Below, in pieces: positions 40,513 through 50,863 of a DNA stretch of 64,000 nucleotides. The stretch is from the NCBI GenBank assembly GCA_963827655.1, contig CAWHCF010000029.1:128001-192000 (forward strand). Direction: 5' to 3'. Source of the DNA: an uncultured Acidobacteriota bacterium. GTDB taxonomy: Bacteria; Acidobacteriota; UBA6911. Below the pieces are notes generated by a model. It was given only the letters and a program-made list of their open reading frames with translations, had not been told where the DNA came from and made no database searches. Position 1 is the stretch's first letter. Each line of letters opens with the position of its first letter. Both the position numbers and the translations under genes were made by a program.

Positions 40513-41280
40513 TTAGGCCGCGAGAGAGGCCCCGCGGCGTTCCTGCGCGCTCCCCCAAACGACGCGCTTTACCGGAAGACTTCCTTGCCGTAGAAGCGCT
40601 TCCACGACTTCCCGCGCCAGACCGTCATCTTGCTCCGAGTCGACTTTATTGATGAACGGAATGACTTCCATCCCCTTGCGCCAGCCCTTGCAGACCCCCT
40701 CAGGATGAAGCAGGATCTGCGCGGCGAGCTTCGGTGTCAGCGTCTCTCCTTCCTTTAAGGAGTAGCGGCCGGCGGCCATTTCCCACCTGAAGAGAGTCGC
40801 CGGCCCGAGAGGTTTGTTCACGCAATCCAGACCCAGTACGGGCACGAGGTACTCCGAGTCTTCCATCAGAACGGGCTCCCCCTCGCGGGGCATTTTCAAC
40901 GACATGCCGCGGGCGCCGTCGGCTTCGTTGAGCAGGACAGGAAAGAGGTCGCGGTCGAGGAACCGGCCGAAATCGGGCTCTACCCCTTTGAGCAGATCCG
41001 GCGTCATAGCCGGCCGGGTCACCACGAACGTACGGACGTGATCCGGGCGGTCGCGCCCTGCACGCTGCAGGATTAATCTGAGCAGCCCGATATCATCACT
41101 TGAAATAATCGCGAGGCCATTTCGAGGATGGGGAGGATGAATCCTCGTGGTTGTGGTGTAAATAACCCGCACCGACCGGGAGAATTCCTCGGCCAGCCTG
41201 AGAATCAGGGCCGTTTTTCCCCCTCCGCCGACAAAGTTGATGCTAGCCGGTAATCGAAAAGCGAATTCCTCTAAGAACAA
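40513..41280 (-). CDS. yqeC: Selenium cofactor biosynthesis protein YqeC
   Basis: FVGGGGKT, TTTTRI, EADGARGMSLKMP..GEPV, FINKVD. Confidence 0.85.
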   Translation of the reverse strand: MFLEEFAFRLPASINFVGGGGKTALILRLAEEFSRSVRVIYTTTTRIHPPHPRNGLAIISSDDIGLLRLILQRAGRDRPDHVRTFVVTRPAMTPDLLKGVEPDFGRFLDRDLFPVLLNEADGARGMSLKMPREGEPVLMEDSEYLVPVLGLDCVNKPLGPATLFRWEMAAGRYSLKEGETLTPKLAAQILLHPEGVCKGWRKGMEVIPFINKVDSEQDDGLAREVVEALLRQGSLPVKRVVWGSAQERRGASLAA

Positions 41281-41347
41281 ATGAATTCCTTGCGGACGAT
41301 AAAGAAACCGACGAAGTTGTGATAGTCAGGCGCTACCCGCCGAACTC

Positions 41348-42340
41348 CTAGCGGAACATCGTGTCACGAAACGAAGAGGGTCGGTTCATTTCCGGGCAAT
41401 TCCAGGTCTGGCGAACGATGTAAGGAGCCTTACCCTGTGATTCAAAGTAAGTGCGAATAATAAGCTCGGCGACCAGACCCATCAGAATGAATTGAACTCC
41501 AACGATGAATAGAAACACCGACAGCAAGAGAAGCGGATTCCGGTGCGCCCTGATTTGATTGATGAACTTATCCACCAGCGTCCACGCGGCAAAAAAGGTC
41601 CCGGCGCCGCATGCCAGCAATCCCACACCGCCGAAGAAGTACATCGGCTTGGTTGAATAACTGCCGAGCATCTTGACCGTGATCAGATCGAGTATGACTT
41701 TGAAGGTGCGGCTCAGTCCGTACTTGCTCGAGCCGCTCACCCTCGGATGATGTTTGACGGGAATCTCGGTGACCTTGGCTCCGGCCCAGGATGCGTAGAT
41801 CGGGATGAAACGATGCATCTCGCCGTAGAGTCGAATGTGCCCCAGAATTTCGCGCCGATAGCCCTTCAAGGTGCAGCCATAGTCATGCAGACGAACCCCG
41901 CCGATGCGAGAAATAAGCATGTTGGCCAGCCGGGACGGAAGTCTTCGAGTCAACCAGGCGTCCTTCCGATCGCTGCGCCAGCAACTAACCACGTCAAATC
42001 CCTCTCTCAACTTGGCGAGTATCGCGGGGATGTCCCGTGGATCATTTTGCATGTCGGCGTCGATGGCTACCAGAAGCTCGCCGGTGGCGAAGTCGAAGGC
42101 GGCGGCGATCGCGGCCGTTTGCCCGAAATTACGTCGAAATTGAATCAATTTGAGCCGTGGCTTTGACCGGGCGGCCTCGATCAGGTAGTCAATGCCTCCA
42201 TCGGTGCTTCCATCATCGACGATCACGACCTCATAGTTTTCCCCTGTTTGCTCGAGGACGTTGAAAAGCTCCATCAAGAACGGCTTCAGGTTTTCCCGTT
42301 CGTTGAAAACAGGCGCGATGATCGAAATCTTTTCCTTCAT
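41348..42340 (-). CDS. GT2 polyprenol-phosphate glycosyltransferase (ArnC/GtrB-like)
   Basis: VDDGSTD, RNFGQTAA, DADMQNDP, two C-terminal TM helices. Confidence 0.93.
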   Translation of the reverse strand: MKEKISIIAPVFNERENLKPFLMELFNVLEQTGENYEVVIVDDGSTDGGIDYLIEAARSKPRLKLIQFRRNFGQTAAIAAAFDFATGELLVAIDADMQNDPRDIPAILAKLREGFDVVSCWRSDRKDAWLTRRLPSRLANMLISRIGGVRLHDYGCTLKGYRREILGHIRLYGEMHRFIPIYASWAGAKVTEIPVKHHPRVSGSSKYGLSRTFKVILDLITVKMLGSYSTKPMYFFGGVGLLACGAGTFFAAWTLVDKFINQIRAHRNPLLLLSVFLFIVGVQFILMGLVAELIIRTYFESQGKAPYIVRQTWNCPEMNRPSSFRDTMFR

Positions 42341-43317
42341 GAAAACTTGGCTTCGAGCGTGGCGATTTCCTGGGCGTCACTGCGGTTCTTGAAGAAGAGG
42401 TACACGACGCCGCCTGGAATCGCAGACAAGATTATGGCTGCCGACGAAAGCAGACCCAGGGCGATACAGGATTCGGACGAGACACCGATGGCGCTGAAAA
42501 GGCTCATGAAAGCATATTCCCGGAGCCCCATCCCATTCAGGCTGACCGGAATCATCGAGATCAAGGTGATGATGGGAACAAAAACCAGGAAATAAAGAAA
42601 CGGGACGTGAAGCTGCAAGCCTTCAGACATGATCCAGGTGACCGATATGACGAGGAACTGATTGATAAAAGAAATTGCCAGAGAGGCAACCAGAATATGC
42701 CATTCGCGTCCCATGACCTGAAACGCGCTCGAAATAGCATCGATCTTCGCCGCCAGTTTCGACATCTTGAAACTGTGAAGAAAATTGGTCACGAACTTGT
42801 GAAGCGAGGGAGTAAATATCGCCACATTGGTGAACAGAAACGTGACGAAGGCGGCCCAGACGACCAGCGATGCGGGAATGCCCGGAATAGCGGTCGGTAG
42901 TACAGTCACGGCGGCGCACGCGATCAGCATCATAGCCAGCATTCCCGCGTCACGGTCCAGGAATGTGGCGGCAAAGCTTCGAGCATACTGTCTGGAAGGC
43001 TTCCCGGCGTAATACATCTTGACTACGTCGCCGCCTACTACGGTGGGAAGCGCCAGATTGAAAAACAGGCCGATACAGTAGATGCCGAAAAGGCGGCCGC
43101 GCGAGAGAACGGGCATCAAGGGACGCATCAGCATGCGCCAGCGAAAGATGCAAACATAGTGTGCAACCCACAACACGGTGAAGCTCAATACCAGCAGGCC
43201 GATGCGCGCATGAGCCAGCGTCATCGAAAATTGGTGAAAATCTACCTTTCTGAACAGGAGAAACATCAGCGTTACAGTTACTGCGGTCTTGATCACAGCC
43301 GGAAGAAACTTCGTCAT
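42337..43317 (-). CDS. Flippase-like membrane protein (LPG synthase TM / UPF0104)
   Basis: FFNLALPTVVGGDVVK, IPVSLNGMGLRE. Confidence 0.88.
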   Translation of the reverse strand: MTKFLPAVIKTAVTVTLMFLLFRKVDFHQFSMTLAHARIGLLVLSFTVLWVAHYVCIFRWRMLMRPLMPVLSRGRLFGIYCIGLFFNLALPTVVGGDVVKMYYAGKPSRQYARSFAATFLDRDAGMLAMMLIACAAVTVLPTAIPGIPASLVVWAAFVTFLFTNVAIFTPSLHKFVTNFLHSFKMSKLAAKIDAISSAFQVMGREWHILVASLAISFINQFLVISVTWIMSEGLQLHVPFLYFLVFVPIITLISMIPVSLNGMGLREYAFMSLFSAIGVSSESCIALGLLSSAAIILSAIPGGVVYLFFKNRSDAQEIATLEAKFS

Positions 43318-45032
43318 GGACTCTCGCGCGATTCTTTTTCGTTAAGGGGCCGGTTGGAAACCAGGAGCAGCTCGTTTCCGGCCCACAATTCATCATCCAG
43401 CAGAAACCGAAACTGAGTAATCAGACGCGGACGGCGATCCAAGACGTACAGTATGAGGTCGCGGGTTCCTACGAAATAGTTGTAATCGTTTTCGGTTACG
43501 ACGCAGAAGATCGACTTCGAGGACGTGAACCGTCGGACCATCGCGTCCGGGTCGAATTCTTCAAAGACTGGCCGCCTGAGATAGTAAACCATGCTGGGGA
43601 CGGTGGCTACGTAGTAACCGACTTCGTCGCCTGGCCGGCTCTGTTCTTCGATCAACTTGCACATTTCTCTTACCGGCCGGTAGGGCTCGATTGAAGGAAG
43701 ATAGACAAAGCTGGCCAGCACCAACATTGCCCACATCGGAGCCGCCAATCCGGCGAAGCAGCGGTGAAGTTTTCCTCGCAATACCTGCCAGGCGAGCAGA
43801 AGCGAGGAAGGGAGCAGAATGGCTGACGGGAGATAATGCAGCACAATCGGCGAATCCGGAAGCATGGCGCGCAGCAGAACCAGCAGGAAAATAGAAATTC
43901 CAAAGATCCCGACGGCCGCAATGAAGAATACCCACGTCCAGGGATAAAAAAGCCGGGTTTTCTCCGTACTGTCTCGCGCAAGGAGGCTTCGTTCTATCAA
44001 GCCCGCGATCAGAACGGCCATCATCGGATAGATCGGAGCGATGTAGTATTCCTGCTTGTTCTTCGATAACGAAAACAAAACGAAAGCCACAGCGCACCAG
44101 AACAGCGGGAAGCCGTAGGACAGCGCATAAGCCTGGCGCAGATGCTTTCGAGACCGCCACAAGTAGTAACCCGCCACGGCCGAGAGGATGGACCAGGGGA
44201 AGAAGTCGAAGGCATACGCAGGTATGTAGTAGAAGGGGCCGCGCGCCGGTCCGAACGATATCGCGGCAAACCGGCCCAGATTATCTCTCAAGAAAAACGA
44301 TGCGATATAGGTCCAGCCATGGGTCATGTAGATCAGGAGGTACCATGGCAGTACGATCGCAGCAAACACGAGGGCCCCGGCGAAGGGCCGCGTCTCGCGA
44401 GGCGAAAACCTCCCGGCCCACAGCGACCAGAGAAGGTAGGTGGCTCCTGGAATGATCAACGCGATCGGTCCTTTGGTCAAAAAACCCAGGGCGCAGAACG
44501 CATAGACCCAAAACCAGCTCGCCAGTGACGGAGGGTTTCGTCGAAGGGCTCTTAACAAGAAAAAAACCGTTCCCGTAAGCCAGAAGAGAAGGATGATGTC
44601 GATTGGAAGTTTTCGAGCCAGGACGAAAAAACGGGCGCAGGTGCCCAGAATAATGGTGGCCAGGATCCCAGCGGTCGCGGAAAAGAGCATGCGGCCGATT
44701 CCATAGGTAAACAGCAAGACTCCAACGGCCGCCAGCGCTCCGGGCAGCCGCACCGAGAACTCGGAGACTCCCAGGAGCTGATACGAGAGCAGGATCAGCC
44801 AATAGGTCAGCGGAGGCTTCTGAGCTCTCGGCTGGTAATTGAAGCGGGGCGCGAGATAATCTCCGCTTTCCAGCATCTCTCTCGGCGTCTCGGCATAGAA
44901 CGACTCATTGGCGTCCCACAGGGATGAAGTGCCCAGATTCACGAAGTAGGGGAGCGCGACCGCTGCGAGAATGAATACCTGGACCGGAGCCGCTGTCAGG
45001 CGAAAGGCGGCGAGGCGAGCGATAACAACCAT
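43314..45032 (-). CDS. ArnT/PMT-type (GT-C) glycosyltransferase
   Basis: WDANESFYAETPREM, KPPLTYW, LTKGP, PFYY, many TM helices. Confidence 0.9.
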   Translation of the reverse strand: MVVIARLAAFRLTAAPVQVFILAAVALPYFVNLGTSSLWDANESFYAETPREMLESGDYLAPRFNYQPRAQKPPLTYWLILLSYQLLGVSEFSVRLPGALAAVGVLLFTYGIGRMLFSATAGILATIILGTCARFFVLARKLPIDIILLFWLTGTVFFLLRALRRNPPSLASWFWVYAFCALGFLTKGPIALIIPGATYLLWSLWAGRFSPRETRPFAGALVFAAIVLPWYLLIYMTHGWTYIASFFLRDNLGRFAAISFGPARGPFYYIPAYAFDFFPWSILSAVAGYYLWRSRKHLRQAYALSYGFPLFWCAVAFVLFSLSKNKQEYYIAPIYPMMAVLIAGLIERSLLARDSTEKTRLFYPWTWVFFIAAVGIFGISIFLLVLLRAMLPDSPIVLHYLPSAILLPSSLLLAWQVLRGKLHRCFAGLAAPMWAMLVLASFVYLPSIEPYRPVREMCKLIEEQSRPGDEVGYYVATVPSMVYYLRRPVFEEFDPDAMVRRFTSSKSIFCVVTENDYNYFVGTRDLILYVLDRRPRLITQFRFLLDDELWAGNELLLVSNRPLNEKESRESP

Positions 45033-45129
45033 CCAAGGATTTCCGAATCTCAAAGTGATCGCCCTGGCGTCTTTGCGGTTGTACTATCCAGCCGACTAGA
45101 CGCGAAGGAAAGCGTACCGGTCCTTGATC

Positions 45130-47631
45130 TCAAAAGAGCGACCGCTGAATCTCCTCGAAAACCTCTTCAGCGGACCGCGATCGGGGCCGGCCGGCAAGAT
45201 CTATTTCCTTTCTCTCGAGGCGCTCGAGGATCTCGCCGGCCCTCCGCAGCACCTCCCGCGGCAAACCTGCCAGGCGAGCGACTTCAATTCCATAGCTCTT
45301 GTCGGCTGTTCCAGGAACGACCCGCCGCAAGAACACGATGTCATTTCCGGCTTCCTGGATTGCCATACAGTAATTCTTAACTCCGGGATGGACTCCGGAC
45401 ATCTTGGTAAGCTCGTGATAATGAGTTGCGAAAAGGGTCTTTGCCTTGTGCTGCTGGTGCTGAACCAGATACTCGGCGACCGCCCAGGCAATGGACAACC
45501 CATCGAATGTAGCGGTGCCGCGGCCAACTTCGTCCAGCAAAATCAAGCTGCGGTGGGTGGCGGTATTGAGTATGTTGGCGGTCTCAATCATTTCCACCAT
45601 GAACGTCGAACGGCCGCGGGCGAGATTGTCGGACGCGCCCACGCGAGTGTAGATCCGGTCCACGAGCCCGAGCCGAGCCTCTTTTGCCGGCACGAAACAA
45701 CCTATTTGCGCCAGAATGACGATCAGCGCCGCCTGTCGCAGATACGTTGATTTGCCTCCCATATTGGGTCCGGTCAGAATGATGAGTTGGTCGGCGCCGG
45801 TATTGAGATACAGGTCATTGGGAATGAACGGACGGCTTTCGAACTCCACCACCGGATGCCGCCCATGTTTGATGTAGATCTCGTCACTATCATTCAGCTC
45901 CGGGCGCACGTAATCGTTTTTCACGGCGACCTCAGCCAGGGCAGTGTAGGCGTCCAATTCTGCTAAAAGACGCGCGACCGAACGAATCCTTGCGCCTTCT
46001 CCGGCGACGCTGCTTCGGACGCCGGCGAAAAGTTCGCGCTCCAGGACGCTAATGCGCTCTTCCGCGCCCAGGACTTTCTCCTCGTAAGCCTGGAGTTCCT
46101 CGGTGACGAAACGCTCGCAATTGACCAAAGTCTGTTTTCGAATGTAGTCGGATGGTATCTGGGGAAGATTCGGTTTGGTTACTTCGATGAAGTAGCCGAA
46201 TATCTGGTTGAACTTGACCTTCAGTGAGTGAATTCCCGTGCGCTGCCGCTCCCTGGTTTCGAGGGCGGCGATGTAACCTTTGCCGCTCTGGCGAATGGAA
46301 CGAAGTTCGTCCAGCTCGGCGGAGTAACCGGACCGGATAATTCCGGGGTCGGTTGCAGAAGCCGGAGGGTTGTCGGCAACGGCGGTCTGAATCAACTCGG
46401 CGACATCGGCCAGATCGTCGAGTTCGGCCCGGATAGCAGACAACCGCGGAGCATCGAGGCCGTCCAGCGAGGCGCGGAGTGAGGGTATTTCCAGGAACGA
46501 ATCGCGCAGTGCCACCAGGTCGCGCGGGTTCGCAGTTCCGACGATGACGCGACTCACCAGCCGCTCCAGGTCATGGATAAGCGACAGCTTCTGAGCGATC
46601 CGGTCATGCACGCGAATGTCGGCAGCAAGCACCTCCACGGCATCCTGGCGCCGGCGCAGGTGGGCAAGATCTCGGAGCGGAGCCAGCACCCACGATTTCA
46701 GAAGCCGGCCACCCATGCTTGTGCGGGTATGATCGATCAGGGACAGAAGCGATCCCTTGCGATTCCCGTCCACGGTCTGAATCAACTCCAGATTGGTGAT
46801 GGTTGAAGAGTCAAGCTTCAGATAGTCGCTCGATTCGTAGAACTGCAGCGCGCCGATTTGTCCCGACTGCGCCAGCTGGGTCTCCTTGATATAGTGAACC
46901 AGGGCTCCTGCCGCGCAGATGGATAGGCGGCGGTTTTCACACCCGAAGCCGGCAAGGGTGGCAACTCCAAAATGCTGCATCAGCAATCGCTGGGCATAGT
47001 CGAGATTGAAGGCCCAGCCGTCCAACGGGCTTGCCACCCACCCGGGCGGCAAGTCCTTGGATAACCTCTGGCGCAGGCCCTCGCTGGAATGGTCCGGCAT
47101 GATGATCTCCCGGGGTCGAAATCGGGTCAGCTCATCGATGCCTTTTTGCCACGAGTCCTCACCGGTGAACTCCGTGGTTACAAAATCTGATGTGGAAAAG
47201 TCCATCAGGGCCAATCCGGTCCCCTCGTCATCCGCAATCAGGCTTCCCAGATAATTGTGATCCTTGGGTTCAAGCAGCATCTCCTCCACGACGGTGCCGG
47301 GAGTCAGAATACGGGTGACCTCCCGCTGCACGAGTTTTTTTGCCGTCCGAGGGTCTTCTACCTGTTCGCAAATGGCAATCTTGAATCCTTTCTTCAGCAA
47401 TCGAGCGATGTAGCCATCTACGGAATGGAACGGGACACCGCACATCGGGATCGCGGATCCCGTCTTATCCTTGTTTCGCGCTGTCAGGGTAATCTCTAAT
47501 TCGCGGGCGGCAACTATCGCGTCCTCGTAAAACATTTCATAGAAATCTCCCAGACGAAAGAAGACGAGCTTTCCGGGAAAGCGCCGCTTCACTTCGTGAT
47601 ACTGCTTCATCATCGGTGTAAAATCTTCCAT
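45130..47631 (-). CDS. mutS: DNA mismatch repair protein MutS
   Basis: GDFYEMF, TGPNMGGKST, DEVGRGT, FATHYHEL, C-terminal QRSLF clamp motif. Confidence 0.98.
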   Translation of the reverse strand: MEDFTPMMKQYHEVKRRFPGKLVFFRLGDFYEMFYEDAIVAARELEITLTARNKDKTGSAIPMCGVPFHSVDGYIARLLKKGFKIAICEQVEDPRTAKKLVQREVTRILTPGTVVEEMLLEPKDHNYLGSLIADDEGTGLALMDFSTSDFVTTEFTGEDSWQKGIDELTRFRPREIIMPDHSSEGLRQRLSKDLPPGWVASPLDGWAFNLDYAQRLLMQHFGVATLAGFGCENRRLSICAAGALVHYIKETQLAQSGQIGALQFYESSDYLKLDSSTITNLELIQTVDGNRKGSLLSLIDHTRTSMGGRLLKSWVLAPLRDLAHLRRRQDAVEVLAADIRVHDRIAQKLSLIHDLERLVSRVIVGTANPRDLVALRDSFLEIPSLRASLDGLDAPRLSAIRAELDDLADVAELIQTAVADNPPASATDPGIIRSGYSAELDELRSIRQSGKGYIAALETRERQRTGIHSLKVKFNQIFGYFIEVTKPNLPQIPSDYIRKQTLVNCERFVTEELQAYEEKVLGAEERISVLERELFAGVRSSVAGEGARIRSVARLLAELDAYTALAEVAVKNDYVRPELNDSDEIYIKHGRHPVVEFESRPFIPNDLYLNTGADQLIILTGPNMGGKSTYLRQAALIVILAQIGCFVPAKEARLGLVDRIYTRVGASDNLARGRSTFMVEMIETANILNTATHRSLILLDEVGRGTATFDGLSIAWAVAEYLVQHQQHKAKTLFATHYHELTKMSGVHPGVKNYCMAIQEAGNDIVFLRRVVPGTADKSYGIEVARLAGLPREVLRRAGEILERLERKEIDLAGRPRSRSAEEVFEEIQRSLF

Positions 47632-47800
47632 CCGGGAATCCTTCGAACCCTCTGTGTCTTCACGGTGGCTCTGGTTCAGCCTTCACCGCGAAGTTGCGAG
47701 GACGCCGTATTAATACCAGAAATGAAGCGCTGAACTGAACCTAATGTGGGAGAGCGCTGCCTGGCCTGTCCCCAAGGATGACTGGAAATGGCTCAAATCC

Positions 47801-47830
47801 TTGCACTTACTAAGTTACGCAGTATATAAT
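47801..47830 (+). promoter_or_regulatory. sigma70-type promoter for tsaB-rimI
   Basis: TTGCAC-N18-TATAAT. Confidence 0.55.
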
Positions 47831-47942
47831 CCGCTCTCAGCATTGTCAATGAGGACACCCCGGGACCTACTGCAGCAAGCATCAGTCTCGGCTGGGAATT
47901 TCTCTTTCTCTGTTGCGCGGATATTCGAGCGGAACTGATGCC

Positions 47943-48641
47943 ATGGGGAAAGCAGTCTTGAAAATACTCGCGCTGGACACTTCAACGACGCGCGGGAGCG
48001 TAGCCCTTCTTGCCGGTGAAGAGGTAATTGCAGATTTGCGTTTGCTGTCAAAGGATCAGCATTCCGAGCGGCTGTTGGGTTCCATCGATTTCCTGCTGAG
48101 GAACAGCGGTTGGACTCTCCCACAGTTGAACCTCATCGCCGTAGGTATTGGCCCCGGTTCATTCACGGGGATCAGGATCGGAGTTTCGACCGCGCTTGGC
48201 CTGGCCCAATCGCTTTCCTGTCCGCTTGCCTGCGTCTCGCGGTTGGATGCGCTGGCTCAAGAAATGGGTTTCCTCAACGGCAGAATTGGCATTGTGATGG
48301 ATGCTCAGCGCTTGCAGGTGTATTACGCTGAATACAGAGCCGGGCAGGGGCGGGTCCACAGAGTGCGCCGGCCCGCGCTCTGGTTTCCTCGGGATCTTGA
48401 ACCGGCGCTCGGCCGCAAGCAGGTGTATGTTGCCGGCGATGGCGCGGTTCGATACGCCAGAGAGCTCAGAATCTCCGCGACCGGCCGCCGGCGTCTGGTC
48501 GTCATGGATCTTTTCCTTGCAGCAGCGATCGCGCGACTGGCGCTCACTCGCAGGCGAAGCTGGCGTTCCGGAGATTTCCTTAAGGCAGAACCACTTTATA
48601 TTCGCCCTCCGGACGCCCTCAGAAGCAGGAAGCGGCGGTAA
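47943..48641 (+). CDS. tsaB: tRNA threonylcarbamoyladenosine biosynthesis protein TsaB
   Basis: ILALDTST, GPGSFTGIRIG, DAQR, PLYIR. Confidence 0.93.
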   Translation: MGKAVLKILALDTSTTRGSVALLAGEEVIADLRLLSKDQHSERLLGSIDFLLRNSGWTLPQLNLIAVGIGPGSFTGIRIGVSTALGLAQSLSCPLACVSRLDALAQEMGFLNGRIGIVMDAQRLQVYYAEYRAGQGRVHRVRRPALWFPRDLEPALGRKQVYVAGDGAVRYARELRISATGRRRLVVMDLFLAAAIARLALTRRRSWRSGDFLKAEPLYIRPPDALRSRKRR

Positions 48642-48642
48642 C

Positions 48643-49104
48643 ATGAATTTGACTTCTTATTTGTCCCTGTTGACGGTCGAGGACATTCCGTCACTGCAAC
48701 AGTTGGAAGAAGAGACTCACCTTTCATTCTGGGGCAGAGAGAACTACCGCAAGTTCCTCGAGGAATTTCCGGAATATTTCGGATGTAAGGTGATGGTGTG
48801 GCATGAGGAAGAGCACCGGCTGGCCGGTTTCCTTCTGGCCCGTTCTCTTTTCGAGAATCTGGAGGTCCTGAAGGTTGGCGTCTCGCCCGAGTTCCATCGC
48901 AAGGGATTGGGAACCGCGCTGATGGAGGCCGCCTACGCGGAAGGAATCAAGCGAGGGTGCCGCCGCTGTTTCCTCGAGGTCAGAAAGTCGAATCGCCCTG
49001 CAATTGAGTTTTACTATCGCCACAGGTTCAGGATCGCGGGGTCGCGGCTTAACTACTACTCTGACCCGGTCGAAGACGCCTGGATCATGGAACGCAAGCT
49101 ATGA
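48643..49104 (+). CDS. rimI: RimI-like GNAT acetyltransferase
   Basis: RKGLG, FLEVRKSN..AI.FY, YYSDPVEDAWIM. Confidence 0.85.
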   Translation: MNLTSYLSLLTVEDIPSLQQLEEETHLSFWGRENYRKFLEEFPEYFGCKVMVWHEEEHRLAGFLLARSLFENLEVLKVGVSPEFHRKGLGTALMEAAYAEGIKRGCRRCFLEVRKSNRPAIEFYYRHRFRIAGSRLNYYSDPVEDAWIMERKL

Positions 49105-49157
49105 GGGACAATCCTTGCGTTTCTTCGCGTCTCGGTGTCTTCGTGGTGAGGCGATAC

Positions 49158-49949
49158 TCAAAACAGCCCTTTAACCAAACCCCCGTCTACCTGGATGGTC
49201 GTCCCGGTGATGTAACTGGCGCGATCGGATGCGAGGAACGTGACCAGGGCGGCCAGCTCTTCCGGCTCGGCCAGTCTACCTAGTGGAACCAGCCTCTCCC
49301 AGCCCTTGAGCACTTCGGCAGCGGGTGTGCCGGAGCGTTGAGCCTGAGATTCGGCAACCTGAAGAAGACGGTCGGTCTTCGTGTATCCGGGACAGACGGT
49401 ATTGACCAGGATGTTGAAGGGTCCCAGCTCATTGGCCAAGGATTTGGCCAACCCGGCCACTCCCGCCCGCACAGCATTGGAAAGTATGAGACCGTCGATG
49501 GGCTGTTTGACCGCCACCGACGTGACATTGATGATGCGCCCCCAGCGTTGCTGCTTCATCAAGGGAATGACCAGGCGGCAGAGCTGGACCGCGCTCAGAA
49601 AATTGAGCTCGAGGGCGTTCCTCCACGACGCGGGAGTATGTGCCTCAAAAGGACCGGCCGGGGGGCCCCCGGCATTATTGACCAGGATGTGAACCGTGTT
49701 CCACTCCTCACACACGGTTTTCACCAGCCGCTCGGCGTCGCTTTCGCTGCTGACATCAGCTTCGACAGGAAGGATGGGACTGCCGATCCTTGAGTGAATA
49801 TCGGCCGCGGCCGCCTCGAGCGGCGCCTTGGTCCTGGCGCACATCGCAACCTTCGCCCCTTCGCGGGCCAGGCTTTCGGCGATGGCTCGCCCAAGTCCCT
49901 TGCTGCTGCCGCAGACCAGGGCGACCCTGCCGTTGATTCCGAGGTCCAT
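49158..49949 (-). CDS. SDR family oxidoreductase
   Basis: GSSKGLG, NNAGGP, LSNAVRAG, YITGTTIQVDGG. Confidence 0.92.
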   Translation of the reverse strand: MDLGINGRVALVCGSSKGLGRAIAESLAREGAKVAMCARTKAPLEAAAADIHSRIGSPILPVEADVSSESDAERLVKTVCEEWNTVHILVNNAGGPPAGPFEAHTPASWRNALELNFLSAVQLCRLVIPLMKQQRWGRIINVTSVAVKQPIDGLILSNAVRAGVAGLAKSLANELGPFNILVNTVCPGYTKTDRLLQVAESQAQRSGTPAAEVLKGWERLVPLGRLAEPEELAALVTFLASDRASYITGTTIQVDGGLVKGLF

Positions 49950-49961
49950 ATGCCGCCCGGC

Positions 49962-50312
49962 TCAACGTTTGTGGAAATAAGTGTCGGTATGGTCGAGCCA
50001 GTCCTGACGAATAGGACTGAAAATATCGATATCCAGCGTGTCCTCGAGCGCCAGGGCCTTGTGCGGCACGTTCGGCGGAATTACTAAGACCTGACCCGCC
50101 TTAAGGACCAACTCCTCGCCTCCCACCCAAAACTTCAGAGCTCCCTCGACGATGTAACTGATCTGCTCGCTGACATGAGAGTGTTCGGGCACCAGGGCAT
50201 CCTTCTTGAGATAGACCTGGGCTATCATTTCGTTTGCGCCGGTAATGATTCTTCGTGAGATGTCGTGGGTAACTCCCTCCCACGCCATGTCGCTCCACGA
50301 GTGGATCTGCAT
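49962..50312 (-). CDS. Cupin domain protein
   Basis: PEHSH.SEQ, IPPNVPH, DIFSPIR. Confidence 0.9.
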   Translation of the reverse strand: MQIHSWSDMAWEGVTHDISRRIITGANEMIAQVYLKKDALVPEHSHVSEQISYIVEGALKFWVGGEELVLKAGQVLVIPPNVPHKALALEDTLDIDIFSPIRQDWLDHTDTYFHKR

Positions 50313-50390
50313 ATTTCCCTCCTGGTCCTGTTGGCGTCTTAGCGATGAATTTCGTTATCAGGTCCGCCCAGGATAGCAGAGGTGCCCTCC

Positions 50391-50419
50391 TTGAGTCGCA
50401 TTTTTATTAATGGTAGTAT
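50391..50419 (+). promoter_or_regulatory. sigma70-type promoter
   Basis: TTGAGT-N17-TAGTAT with extended TG. Confidence 0.45.
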
Positions 50420-50492
50420 CCGTCGATTAATCGCACTCATTGACGAGTATGGCTGGAAGAACTCGAATTTGAGAAAGGAGCCAAGCTGGCCC

Positions 50493-50855
50493 ATGAAAAA
50501 CCGCACCGTTGAGCCGAATACCCCCACCACGAGCACGCCCGAGCCTCAAACGGGCTGGCCGTCTTACACGATGGTGGAGGAGCGGATGAGGAAGATCTAC
50601 TTCGAGTTCTACCAGGCGACGTACAAGCCGACCAAGATTGATAGAAAGACCAAAGAACTCATAGCCATCGCCGCTTCACTCGGATTCCGATGCCAGGGAT
50701 GCCTCAACGGCCACATCAAGAAAGCCAAGAAGTTTGGCGCCTCTCCTGAAGAGATCAGCGAAACAATCGCCATCGCGATGGGGGTAGCGGCTGCCTCGGT
50801 CGTGGACCTCACGGATGTCGCAGCCGAGCGATTGCAGATAAAGCACTTCGAATAG
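50493..50855 (+). CDS. Carboxymuconolactone decarboxylase / AhpD-like protein
   Basis: KTKELIAIA...CQGCLNGH...GASPEEI. Confidence 0.88.
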   Translation: MKNRTVEPNTPTTSTPEPQTGWPSYTMVEERMRKIYFEFYQATYKPTKIDRKTKELIAIAASLGFRCQGCLNGHIKKAKKFGASPEEISETIAIAMGVAAASVVDLTDVAAERLQIKHFE

Positions 50856-50863
50856 TCCCGCCC

